Shown piece by piece: positions 21,859 through 32,953 of a stretch of DNA of 64,000 nucleotides. The translations under genes were made by a program, and so were the position numbers. The stretch covers positions 32,001 through 96,000 of the forward strand of contig CAWFAK010000014.1 in NCBI GenBank assembly GCA_963813715.1. Reading direction: 5' to 3'. The stretch comes from an uncultured Planctomycetaceae bacterium. GTDB lineage: Bacteria; Planctomycetota; Planctomycetia; Planctomycetales; Planctomycetaceae. Each line of letters starts with the position of its first letter. The stretch's first letter is position 1. Below the pieces are notes generated by a model. The model had not been told where the DNA came from. It saw only the letters and a program-made list of their open reading frames with translations, and made no database searches.

Positions 21859-23415
21859 CTAACGGGCGGTGGGCGTGACGTCGTGCGGCCGCACAAGCTC
21901 GTCGAGCTGCTCGAGCACGTTGCTCGAACCGGATGTTGCCTTGCTTGAACGAATGGTTGGCAGGGGCACGCGGGCCGTCGCGCGGAGATGCTCGGCCAGT
22001 AGTGTCAGCATGCGCTCGACGCGCTGGGCGTTCTCCGGACGCGAGCTGACGTCGGTCAGCTCGTGCGCGTCATTTTCGAGATCGTAGAGCCGAATCTTGC
22101 GGCCGGGGAGCGGGGGCCCCGGATCGTAGCCGTCGGTGCGGCGGCGCTGGCCCCGCTCGAAGATCAGTTTCCAACGGTCATCGCGGACAGCCGCTTCATC
22201 GTTGGGAGCGTATTCGATGAAGACCTGTTGGCGATGAGTGGTGATGCCGCCGGTCAGTACGCCGCGAAGCGAGCGCCCCTGGACGTTCGACGGAATGGGC
22301 ACGCCGCACAAATCAAGCACCGTCGGCACGATGTCGATAAATTCGACCAGCGCGCGGCTGACGGAGTCGGAGCGCACCGTGCTCGGGCAACGCATCAAGA
22401 GAGCGCCGCGGACCGCTTCCTCGTAGCTGCAATGCTTCTCGAACCGCCCGTGCTGACCGAGCAGGTAGCCGTGGTCGCCCGTGTAGATTACCAGCGTATG
22501 ATCCGCCTGGCCCGACTTGTCGAGCGCCGCCAGCACGCGGCCGACGTTGCGATCGAGAAAAGCGACCGACGTGTAGTAGGCGGCGGCGATCCCCTGTTTT
22601 TCGTGGGGCGTCAAGCTGCGGAAGATGGCCGGAATTTGCCAGGCGTCGCTCGGTAGGACGCGCGGCACGTCGAATTCCTGCGGATCGAACCGGCCGCGAT
22701 CCTCGATCGGAAAATTGAATGGGGAGTGCGGCTCGTAGAAGCTGACAAACAGAAAGAACGGCTTGGCGTGCGGTTCACTCAAGAAACGTTCCGCGTGTGC
22801 CGCGAAATAGGTCCCGGACATATCGACATCGACGGCCGGCGCGGGGAGCGTGGCCGCATTCAACCAGATGCGGGCCGGATCCTTAAACGGTTTCCAGGGC
22901 GGTTGCACGCGAACGTCTGTCGGAATTCGCCTTTTGCCGCGGGCTTTGAGGGCGGACGCAAAATCGGCCAGATCCAGTCGCTGTTGAAAGCCGTGCGTCA
23001 ACGGGCTGTTGAAGTGCATCTTGCCAAACGCGGCCGTGTCGTAGCCCGCCTCTTTGAGCAGGTCTCCCAGCGTGACGTCGCCGGCCGGCAGCGGAGTGCT
23101 AAGCTCGGTGACGCCGAGCGTCCGCGGATAGCGGCCCGTGATGAACGACTGCCGCGACGCGGTGCAGACGGGCGAATTGCAGAACGCGCGATCGAACCGC
23201 ATTCCGCCTGCCGCCAACCGGTCGAGGTTCGGCGTCTGGACCCGGCGATTCCCATACGCGCCCATCACGTAAGGCGCGTGATCGTCGGCGCAGATCCAGA
23301 GCACGTTGAGGCGCGGGGCGGTTTCGGCGGCGCGAACCGGCGCTGCCGCGGTCACGAAGGTGGCCGCGATCAGCACCAGGATCCGAGCGCCCGCGAGTTT
23401 GCAGCTCTCGATCAC
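21859..23415 (-). CDS. Sulfatase (choline-sulfatase-like)
   Basis: NVLWICADDH, CTASRQSFITGR, GKMH, EPHSP and GDHG. Its GTG start overlaps the upstream stop (GTGA). Confidence 0.9.
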   Translation of the reverse strand: MIESCKLAGARILVLIAATFVTAAAPVRAAETAPRLNVLWICADDHAPYVMGAYGNRRVQTPNLDRLAAGGMRFDRAFCNSPVCTASRQSFITGRYPRTLGVTELSTPLPAGDVTLGDLLKEAGYDTAAFGKMHFNSPLTHGFQQRLDLADFASALKARGKRRIPTDVRVQPPWKPFKDPARIWLNAATLPAPAVDVDMSGTYFAAHAERFLSEPHAKPFFLFVSFYEPHSPFNFPIEDRGRFDPQEFDVPRVLPSDAWQIPAIFRSLTPHEKQGIAAAYYTSVAFLDRNVGRVLAALDKSGQADHTLVIYTGDHGYLLGQHGRFEKHCSYEEAVRGALLMRCPSTVRSDSVSRALVEFIDIVPTVLDLCGVPIPSNVQGRSLRGVLTGGITTHRQQVFIEYAPNDEAAVRDDRWKLIFERGQRRRTDGYDPGPPLPGRKIRLYDLENDAHELTDVSSRPENAQRVERMLTLLAEHLRATARVPLPTIRSSKATSGSSNVLEQLDELVRPHDVTPTAR

Positions 23416-24261
23416 GGCTGGCGATCGTTCGCGTCGATGAAGGCGGCCAGCGTGTCGATGTACTCCTTGGGAATGTAGCCGGGCATGATGGCCGTCAGGT
23501 GCGATTTCCCGGGCAGGACGACGCTTTTGAAATTCACGAGCTCGCGCTGCATGCGATGGGTTTTCGTGTTGGGGCCGTCGAATTCGCCGTTGATCGCCAA
23601 CACGGGGATTTTGATTTTGGTCAGGTCGATCTTCGTTCGCTCGCCCGGCTTCCAGGGATATTGACGGACGGCGGTGAGCGCTTCGCGATCCTGGTTCGCG
23701 AAGTGCGCCGAGCGTTTTCCGCGCCTCGGCCTCTTTCGGATCCGGTCCTGGCTTGTCGGTCGGTACTTTGTCCTTCCACTCCGCCTCGACTTCGGGAACG
23801 CCCGAGCCGCCGAAGACCGCCGTCACGAAGCGTTCGGGGTGTGTCGCGAGCAGCTGGCCGGTGATGAAGCCTCCCATCGAGTAGCCGCCGATGTGCGCCT
23901 TCTCGATCTTGAGGTGGTCCATCAGCTCGACGACGTCTTCGGCCATCTGCGGGCCGTACTTCGCCGGATCGTGCGGCTTGTCGCTCTGTCCGTGTCCGCG
24001 ACAGTCGATGGCGACGACCCAGTGCCGCCCGATGAGCGCGTCGGCGATGCCGTTGGTGAACCAATTGCCGAGCGCCGTGCCCGTGTAGCCGTGAATCAAA
24101 ACCACCGGAGCGCCCGGCCCGTTTTTGTTTCCGGCTTCGAGGTAGTGAATTTTAACGCCGTCGTGAGCGGTGAAATAACCGTCCGTGGGCTGAACGGCCA
24201 GGGCAGGGGCCGTGGCCGCAACGACAAGCAGCAATCCCAACGCGGGAAGGGTCAAGCGCAT
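23412..24261 (-). CDS. Secreted alpha/beta hydrolase; frameshift near 23697
   Basis: LIHGY, DCRGHGQSDKP, GYSMGG nucleophile elbow, GEFD and GKSH. Confidence 0.85.
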
Positions 24262-24394
24262 CACATCTCCCTTTGGTCCTGCAGGAACGTCAAATACCGA
24301 TCCGCGGCGATCGGCGGCACAACTATGCCGTAACACAACGCAGGCGGGAGAGCAAATCAAAAGTGATGCGAGCCGAACGCGACCGGTGTGCCCG

Positions 24395-25671
24395 TCACTC
24401 CGGCAACGGCCGGCCCTTGGTCTCCGGCAAAAACAGCAACAAGACGATTCCCACCAGAAAAAGCAGGCTCAGCCCGGTCACCGCCTGTTCGAGTCCGAAT
24501 CGCGACTTCAACTCGCCCGACAGCCAGAGCATCGGTGCGGCCACCAACCTTCCGCCGTTGAAACAAACCGCCGCGCCCGTGGCCCGCAGACGGCTCGGAA
24601 ACAGCTCCGGAAAATAGATCGCAAACCCTGCATGAATCCCCAGCGTGAAGAACCCGAAAATGGGCAAAGTGCAGAACATTTGCCACTCGGTGCGCGGGAC
24701 ATAGCAGGTAAACGGGACCACGACGAGCGCCACCGCCTGAAACAGGGCAAAGGCGCCGCGCCGGCCCAGTCGTTCGGCGATCGGGCCGAAGCTCAACAGT
24801 CCCAGGCCGCCGCCCGCCGTCTCGATGATGCCGTAGGCAAACTTGGCCCGTTGACTCGCCACCTCCAAGTCGACGCCGCGATGCAACAGCAGCTCGCGCA
24901 TCAGGTCCTGGCCGGCAACCGTCACGCCCCAGAAGGTCGCCAGTCCGACGGCCGCGAGGCACAGCCCGGGAATTGCCGGAGGGCCCAGCGACGGTCGCCG
25001 AACAGATCGCTCAAGCTTCCCATCCGCTCGCCGTGGGCACCGGCCAATCGCCATCGTTCCGGCTCTTGCACCGTCGAACGCACCCACAGCACCAAGAGGG
25101 CCGGCAAGATGCCGATCACGTAGGCCCCGCGCCAATGCGTGCCGACGGCGATCCCGGCCGCGGCCGCCAGCCACGTTCCCAAAATGCTCGTCGCGTGAAA
25201 GATGCCCGAGGCCCGCGCCGAGCGGCGGCGGGAAAGACCTCGGCAATCAGCGCGGCGGCCACCGCCCACTCGCCTCCCACGCCCATCGCCACGAAGAACC
25301 GCAGCACGGCGACGTGCCACAGCGTGGTCGCGAAATAAGTCAGCCCGGAGAAGACGGAGTAGACCAGAATCGTGGCCGACATCATCGACTTGCGACCAAA
25401 GCGATCGGCCAGGCTGCCAAACAACACGCCGCCGACCGTGCCGCCGACCAGAAACACTCCGAGCAGCACATCGCCCCAAAACTTCGCCCCGCGCGAACCG
25501 GTCTCGCGACCCCAACAACTCGGCCAGCATCGGATCGCGCGTGATGATGAAGAGCTGACTTTCGAACTGATCGAAAACCCAACCCGCCGACGCGATCAGC
25601 AGGATCAGCCAGTCGTAGCGAGAGACGTCGCTGTACCAGCGGGCGCTGAATTCGGGCGGAGCGGCCTTCAT
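24395..25671 (-). CDS. MFS transporter; several frameshifts
   Basis: GWVFD, GSLADRFGRK, GVGGEW, ERLGRR, PELFPSRLRATG and PETKGRPLPE. Confidence 0.88.
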
Positions 25672-25741
25672 GCGATTCAGGCTGGTCGCGCAGCCGGGCG
25701 GTGTCAAGCAGCTGTAACGACGTGTGCACCGATGCGACGCA

Positions 25742-27310
25742 ATGGCAAAGCCCGCTGAGCAGGGCTACGATCGAGTCGAGAGCCCCTTAGAGTGGAGTGG
25801 CGGTCTGGCAAATCGCATTCTTTATTGTGCGTGCATAAGCGCGCTATTCGTGCTCGCCGCGCCGCTTTTGCTCGCAGAGGAGCCGCCGCGCATCCGGCGG
25901 GCATTCGCCACTGCTATGAACTTAGTACAGGAGGGAATGTCGGAAGCCGAGGTGCTCGCCCGGGTTGGTAAGCCGGATGACGTCAGCACGCGGAAAGATT
26001 GGGAAATGATGTCCGCTCACACGCGCGAAGTGTGGCGCGATGGCGCGTCGGGGCACATGGCGGCGGCCACCTTGGGACAAATTGGCATCGATGAGAATCA
26101 CAAGGTCGCATGGGTTACCGGCCAAGGGACGCCTCCTCCCGACGGTATGTTTACGGAGCCTGAACTGCGAGCCTTGTTGGAGGCGCTCGACGACTCGCCC
26201 GCTCAAGACGGATCCCGTTATAACCCTCGCCCGGTCATTCGCGCCGTCAATCTTCTGCAACCGCTGGGGAAGGAACGGGCCCTAGCAGCGGTCGATGAAT
26301 TCCTGCGAGTGTCCTCCGAATACGCGGACCACGACGCCCGGGAGGGACTGTTTCTCGTGCTGCGGACTCTGTTCGAGGTTCCCAACGTCCCGACCGTTTT
26401 CCCCGACGGCAGCACGCCGTCGCCACCGGGATTTATGCCACCTCTTTACGGCCTTCCCGCGCCCTCTGGGCCCGACGACAAAACACTCCTACCCCGTTTC
26501 CCAATTGTGATCGCGGGTGACGTCCCATTTTTGATCACGCAGTGGGGAGGTCACAGTGGCCCGCCTCAAATGCCGGAATCCCATGTAGCGTACTTTCGAA
26601 AGTATGGGACGCTGCGAGCCAAGCCGCTAATGCCGTCGTGCAAGCCGTTCGAAGCTCTTGATGCGGTGATAAATTCTCGGCGTTGGTGGCTTCACTTCGA
26701 GAGCGATCGCGTTTCTCGCGACGAAGAACAGCGGAAGGCAGACGCGGCGAAACGGCGCGAAGACCAAGAGCAGCGGATTCACCTGCGTAACCAGTTGCTG
26801 AGACTCCTGGAAACGGTTCATCGCTTGGAGCCGGACGAGGCGGGCGGGTTTCTGTCTTTTGGCGCCAGCGATCGCCGGTTCGAGAAGGTCGCCGAAAGGG
26901 AAAACAACAAGATCATCGCTGAGGCGTCGAAACGCGCGATCCGCTGGGACAACCAAAACTTCCGATACGCGTTTTTGGACGGAACGTTTGTACCGCCGTT
27001 CGACCCCAAGCGTCATCCGGCGCAGGGCTGGCAACCGTCGGCTCCCGGTCTAAACCTCGAACTCATTTTTCGACGACAAAGCCGACGGTATGTCGATGTG
27101 CGGGCGTACGACCCTTCCGACGGGATAAAACGCAATCCAGACGCGGTCGTCCGGGTGTTCGACGTCAAAGCCAAGGACAAGCCACTTTTTGAGACCGGAG
27201 AAGGCTCGAAGGGTTGGATTTCGACGATCCGATTGGACGAAGGAGGCGAAATGCAGTTGGAACTGACCGTCGCCAAGCACACCCAGCGCAGCCCGGTATT
27301 CAAGCCCTAG
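25742..27310 (+). CDS. Hypothetical exported protein
   Basis: Long intact ORF with a hydrophobic signal-like segment and a GMSEAEVLARVGKPD (SmpA/BamE-like) motif. Start uncertain. Confidence 0.65.
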   Translation: MAKPAEQGYDRVESPLEWSGGLANRILYCACISALFVLAAPLLLAEEPPRIRRAFATAMNLVQEGMSEAEVLARVGKPDDVSTRKDWEMMSAHTREVWRDGASGHMAAATLGQIGIDENHKVAWVTGQGTPPPDGMFTEPELRALLEALDDSPAQDGSRYNPRPVIRAVNLLQPLGKERALAAVDEFLRVSSEYADHDAREGLFLVLRTLFEVPNVPTVFPDGSTPSPPGFMPPLYGLPAPSGPDDKTLLPRFPIVIAGDVPFLITQWGGHSGPPQMPESHVAYFRKYGTLRAKPLMPSCKPFEALDAVINSRRWWLHFESDRVSRDEEQRKADAAKRREDQEQRIHLRNQLLRLLETVHRLEPDEAGGFLSFGASDRRFEKVAERENNKIIAEASKRAIRWDNQNFRYAFLDGTFVPPFDPKRHPAQGWQPSAPGLNLELIFRRQSRRYVDVRAYDPSDGIKRNPDAVVRVFDVKAKDKPLFETGEGSKGWISTIRLDEGGEMQLELTVAKHTQRSPVFKP

Positions 27311-27457
27311 AACGCGGGCAATCAAAGAAGAAAATCGTCCCATGACTTTCGACCATGGCGAACCACGTCCTCGCTCGCGCGTGCGTGCCCTGTTGGCAAT
27401 CCCCGCACCGTGCTCCTCAAACAGAGCGCCTGAACGGTCTCACCGGGAAAATGCGGC

Positions 27458-28261
27458 ATGGAAATCGGCTTCGCGGCGCTGATCCTCTTCATCGCAGTGG
27501 TCCTGCCAGTCTGGGCGTACGTGACGGCGATCACCCGTTTGATGAAACTCACGGTCAACGTCCAGAAGGCCCCGGTGCCGCTTGATCCTAATACGAATCC
27601 CTTTCCGACTTTGCTCGGCGAGCATTTTGATCGTGTGCAAAGCGGCCTGCGGGGCCAGGGTTTCGAGTCTGTCGCCGACTATGCGCTGGCAGAGATGATT
27701 CCCAATGCCGCAGGGTTTGCGCGGATGTTCGTAAATCGCGCGGAAAAAGAGGTCGCGCGTGGCTTGGCCACTTGCTTCAAGCATCCCGTCTCGGGCTGGA
27801 GCCTCCGGCAGGCCTCCTGTCACTTTGAAACAATGTTTGTGGACGGGACCGGCATTGTCACTTCAAACACTGGTGGCCCGCGCATGCTTCCTCGGTCGGC
27901 GGAAGTGCAACGATTCGTCTTCGCCGACATCCGTGACGTGGCATGGCTGCATCAGCTTCACCAAGCGATCGTGGCACGCTTCGCGGACGGTCGCGTGAAA
28001 GAATTCGTCTTTGAAACGCGCTGCGGCGGCGACCCGATGCGATATCACGCCTGGTCCGCCGAGCGGACATACGATCGCTGGCAACGTGGCGGCTATTACC
28101 ATCGAGACGAGCAAGCGGGCATCTTGCGACTGACGCTCAAAGGCGCGGCAGTGGCCGCGTTGTACCTGCTACCTCCGGGACGGCAAGTGTTGAAACGGCG
28201 CCGCGAGTGGAAGGCGAAACGACTGCTGAGAGAATTAGACGTGCGAGGCTTGGCGACATGA
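27458..28261 (+). CDS. Hypothetical membrane-anchored protein
   Basis: 267-aa ORF with an N-terminal TM helix and an ATGA overlap with GH116. Confidence 0.65.
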   Translation: MEIGFAALILFIAVVLPVWAYVTAITRLMKLTVNVQKAPVPLDPNTNPFPTLLGEHFDRVQSGLRGQGFESVADYALAEMIPNAAGFARMFVNRAEKEVARGLATCFKHPVSGWSLRQASCHFETMFVDGTGIVTSNTGGPRMLPRSAEVQRFVFADIRDVAWLHQLHQAIVARFADGRVKEFVFETRCGGDPMRYHAWSAERTYDRWQRGGYYHRDEQAGILRLTLKGAAVAALYLLPPGRQVLKRRREWKAKRLLRELDVRGLAT

Positions 28262-31200
28262 TCGACGACTTACGAACCTCGAACGGCGAGAGCAACGATC
28301 CAGCGGCAGGCGTTTCGCGCCGAGATTTCTTGGCGGCCGGTGCGGGCGCGCTGACGCTGCACGTTCTGAATGACTGCTGCGACACGCAGGCAGCGCCGCC
28401 GATCAAATCAGGTACCCATCACATCCCGCCTGACAAGGGGCTCGATCCGAAGTGGGTCGAAGGTCTGTTCGCGAAGGGGCCAAGGAAGGTCTACGCGGGC
28501 GACGAGCTCACGTGCATCGGCATGCCGGTCGGCGGGATTTGTGCCGGGACAACTTTATCTGCGCGGCGACGGCACATTGGCCGAGTGGGGCGTTTTCAAT
28601 GTCGATCGCTTCACTGGCTACGGCGACAATTGCTATCGCACGTATACGCCGCCTTCGCCCATCGAGCAGGGGTTTGGGCTGGCAATCATGCCCGTCGGCG
28701 GTCGCACCGTTTATCGCACGCTCGATCGACGCGGCTTTCCGCGGATTGAGTTCACGGGCGAGTATCCGATCGGCACCGTCCGCTATCGGACGGCTGATGG
28801 AGATTCGCAGCCGGTTGAAGTCACGCTGGAAGCGTTCAGCCCGTTTGTGCCGCTCGATGCGCGGCAGTCAGCGACGCCGGGGACGGTGCTTCGCTATCGC
28901 GTGAAAAATCTCTCGCAGCAACGCGTGCAGGCGGCGCTCGGCGGCTGGATTCAGAATCCTGTCGGGCAGCGGCACATTGGACGGTATCGCGCGACTCGGC
29001 AGAACCGGATTCTGCGTTCGCAGGGGCTGACGAGCTTGGTGATGACGATCGCCGAGTCGCCACCGCCGGCCGCGGGTAACGTGCGGGAGCCGGAGGTATT
29101 CGCCAATTTCGAGGGGAACTCGTACGGCAAATGGCGGGTGACGGGAACGGCGTTTGGCCAGCATCCTGCACACGGCACGCTGCCCGGCCAGCAGCGGGTC
29201 AGCGGCTACGGCGGGCAGGGGCTGGTCAATTCGTTCCTGCACGGTGACGACACGGAAGGAACGTTGACGTCGCCGGAATTCACCATTCGCCGTCCTTACA
29301 TTCAGTTTCGCATCGGCGGCGGCAACCGGCCGCACGACGCGTGCCTGAACCTGGTGAGCGGTGGGAAAGTGGTCCGCACGGCCACCGGCAAAGACAACGA
29401 AAAGCTCGAGTGGGATTTCTGGGACGTTACTGATTTGGTGGGCCATCGCGCGGAACTTCAAATCGTGGACCGGGCCAAGGGGGGTTGGGGGCACATCAAC
29501 GTCGACGACATTTTGTTCGCCGATGGGCCTCCCAAGGGGATGCACCTGCCGCGGCTCGACCAGCAGCCCGACTTCGGCTCGTTGCTCTTGGGCGTGATCG
29601 ACGAAGACGCGCGGGCCGCCGCGAGCGAATTCGGACATTTCCGCGGCGCGGGCGAAACGCGCGGGCTCGACGTGGCGCCGGCGACCGCCGAGTTTCCGCT
29701 GGCCGCGAACGCCCCGGACGCCGGACTGGTGAGCGAGTTCGTGCTCGAACCGGGGGCCGAGCATGAGGTCACGTTCCTCGTGTGCTGGCATTTCGCCGGC
29801 GGCGAGCACGGCCGGATGTATGCCAACTGGTATGGCGACGCGCACGCTGTCGCGCAGCATCTGCAGAAGAACCTCGCATCGCTCACTGGCCTCACACGCC
29901 TCTTTCGCGACACCTATTTCGATAGCACACTGCCCAACTGGCTACTCGCGCGGCTGATGATGCCGATCAGCACGCTAGCCACGAACACGGTGCAGTGGCG
30001 GCGAAACGGCCGATTTTGGGCCTGGGAGGGAGTCGGCTGCTGCGACGGCACCTGCACCCACGTCTGGAACTACGCCCAGGGCATGGGGCGACTCTTTCCC
30101 GAATTGGAACGCAGCGCCCGCGTGATGCAGGACCTGGGCGTCGGCTTCGATGCCAAGACCGGACGCGTCGGTTTTCGCGGCGAGAACCCATCTCAGCCGT
30201 ATGCGGCCGACGGGCAGTGCGGCACGGTGCTCAAGTGTTATCGCGAGCACCTGATGTCGAAGGACAAGAGCTTTCTTACGGAGCACTGGCCCCGCATCAA
30301 GCAAGTCATGGAGTACGAGCTCGGTCGCGACAAGAACGACGACGGCGTGATCGAGGATCGCCAGTGGAACACGTATGACCTCGACTTCGTCGGGCCCAAC
30401 ACGTTCGTGGGCGCGCTCTATCTCGCCGCGCTGCTGGCGGCCTCCAAGATGGCCGACTTGATGGGCGACCGCGAATTTGCCCAGCGCTGCCGCGAGATTA
30501 CACGGAGCGGCAGCCGTTGGACGGTGAAGAATCTCTGGAACGGCGAATACTTCATTCAGCGGATTCCGCCGGGCCAATCGCCCAAGTTTCAATACGGCGA
30601 CGGCTGCCTGGCCGATCAGCTGTTTGGCCAGACGTGGGCTGACCAGGTGTCGCTGGGTGACCTCTATCCGTCGGACCGGATTCTCACGGCCCTCAAGGCC
30701 GTCTATCGATACAACTGGGCGCCGAACGTCGCGGCCCAAAGCGCGGCCCATCCTCCGCAACGCTGGTTCGCTCGGCCGGGCGACGCGGGGCTGTTCACCT
30801 GCACGTGGCCCAACGGGGGCCGCATGGCGGAGCCGGTGCTCTATCGCGACGAAGTCTGGACGGGCATCGAGTACCAAGTGGCATCGTGCCTTTTGCATCG
30901 CGGTCTGATTCGCGAGGCTTTGAGCATCTTGCGCGGCGTCGACGATCGTTACGACGGCAAGCATCACAATCCGTGGAACGAGGTCGAGTGCGGCGACCAT
31001 TACGCGCGGGCGTTGGCCTCTTGGGGCTGCCTCATCTCCGTGTCGGGCTTTCTCTACGACGGACCGGCCGGGCGTCTGGGATTTTCGCCCCGCTGGCAGT
31101 CCGACAATTTCCGCGCGTTCTTCACGGCCGCCGCCGGCTGGGGCACGCTCGAACAAATTCGAGACGGTCAGTCGCAGGCGAACGGGAATCAGGCAAAGGG

Positions 31201-31423
31201 GGCGCAGACGAATCGCATCCACGTGAAGCACGGTGACGTGCGGCTCCGCGAGTTGGTGTTCGAACTGCCCGCCAAAATTGCCTCGCCCAGCGTGCGAGTC
31301 GAGCTGGACGGGCAGCCTCTGCCGGCCCAACTGCGGCCGAATGGACGCCGGATGGATACGATTCTGGCGGAGCCGATCGTAGTGAGTGCGGGCCAGACGC
31401 TGGCCGTCGCTTTTTCTTGGTAG
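28258..31423 (+). CDS. GH116-family glycoside hydrolase with Tat signal; frameshift near 28548
   Basis: SRRDFL Tat motif, GMPVGGI, EAFSPFVP, WEGVGCCDGTCTHVWNY, WNTYD, EVWTGIEY and NPWNEVECGDHYAR. Confidence 0.85.
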
Positions 31424-31534
31424 GACACCCGGCGAAATCGAGGGCACGAATTTCGAGGATTGACGCGCTCGACCGTGGCATCGCATGCTGAGTGCGCCAA
31501 CAATGTAATCGGCGGACATTCCAAGAGGCGCACC

Positions 31535-31990
31535 ATGAAATACAGCGTGGAGAAAGTTGATTTCTGGTCGGGTGAGATTCGCGATGAAGTCGGGGGCCTG
31601 GCGGTCGGCCTGCGGCCCCTCGTCGACGCCGGCTCCAACTTCGTGTTCGTCATCGCCCGTCGACAGCCGGACAAACCGGGCTCGGGGCTCGTCTTTCTCG
31701 GCGGGCTCAGCGGCGCGAAACAGTCCAAAGCGGCGGTGGCCGCCGGCTTCGAGAGAGCGGACATGCCCGGCCTGCGGATCCAGGCGCCGGACAAGGCGGG
31801 CACCGTCGAATCAATCGTCGCGCAGATGGCCGAGGCGGGCATCAATTTGCGGGGTGTGAGCGCGTCAGGCGCCGGTTCGCGGTGCTCGGTGATCCTGGCC
31901 TTCGACACGAGCAAGGACCGCGACAAAGCTGCCCGTTTGCTCAAGAGTCCTCCGCCGGCAAAACGACGCTCGAAACGCAAACGGACTTAG
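31535..31990 (+). CDS. Tandem ACT-domain protein
   Basis: DEVGGLA..L..L..AG.N and DKAGTV..I...MAEAGINL ACT-like repeats. Confidence 0.7.
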   Translation: MKYSVEKVDFWSGEIRDEVGGLAVGLRPLVDAGSNFVFVIARRQPDKPGSGLVFLGGLSGAKQSKAAVAAGFERADMPGLRIQAPDKAGTVESIVAQMAEAGINLRGVSASGAGSRCSVILAFDTSKDRDKAARLLKSPPPAKRRSKRKRT

Positions 31991-32041
31991 GCGGCGGGTG
32001 GGCGACGATTTCGACGGAGCCCAAGCGACAACCATCAATCC

Positions 32042-32819
32042 ATGTGCGTCTTCTCGGTCGTCTATCGCGTCTTCCCTGATTGTCCGATCTTCGTGCTGAC
32101 CAACCGGGACGAATCGACCGCGCGGCCGACGCTGTCTCCTCGCCGCTTTGACGCGACCACGCCGCACGGTGCCCACTGGTTTGGCGGCGCCGACCAGCGA
32201 GCGGGAGGAACGTGGCTCGGCGTCAACGAGCACGGCTTGCTGGCGGCCGTGACTAATCGAAAGACGACCACACCGCCGCCGAATCCGCGTTCGCGCGGCT
32301 TGCTGTGTCGAGATGTGCTCGAGCAGTCGTCGGCAGAGAGTGCGCTCGACAGGGTGCGTGGCGAACTCGCGGCCCACGAGTACGCCGGCTTCAACCTGAT
32401 TCTGTTGACGTTCCGATCAGCTTTCGTCCTTGAGCACGCGGATGAGCCGCGGATCTACGCGCTCGAACCGGGTGTTCACACGATCGGCAACGGTCGCCTC
32501 GACGCGGCGGATGACGGCCGGGTCCAACGCTGCCAAAAACGAGTCGAAGCGCTGGTGACCGCCGGACACCGTCGCCCGTGGACGAACTCGATCGAGCCGG
32601 CCGAAGCAATTTGTCGATTGCACGAGGAACCGGGGGTCCCGGGGATTCTGTCTGCACGGTGTGGATTGGGGGACGGTTGGCTCGACTATCATCGGGTTGC
32701 CGCTGGACGTGAGCCAATCGGTCTATCATTATGCAGCGGGGCCGCCCTGCAGCACGGCTTACGTCGATTACAGCCAGTCCTCCATTGTTGGTCCGTTCCT
32801 GAATCTGACAATCGGTTGA
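32042..32819 (+). CDS. NRDE (TANGO2) family protein; frameshift near 32650
   Basis: N-terminal MC, TNRDE, GGTWLGVN, RSRGLL and GFNL. Confidence 0.85.
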
Positions 32820-32953
32820 AACCGCGGCCGACTCGAATCCGTAAACTCCTCTGAACGCCGCCAAATTGACGGTGATTGTCCGCGCCCGCTTCTCCCGCTT
32901 TCGACACGAGCAAGGGCGCAACCCAGTCAAAGCAGAATAAGGTCCATTCGCGC

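Noticed and set aside
21859..24360. 833-aa hydrolase-sulfatase fusion in the ORF track
   Set aside because: The hydrolase C-terminus (catalytic Asp/His) is in another frame ending at 23412, and the sulfatase has its own overlapping start and signal peptide. The fusion is a frameshift artefact.
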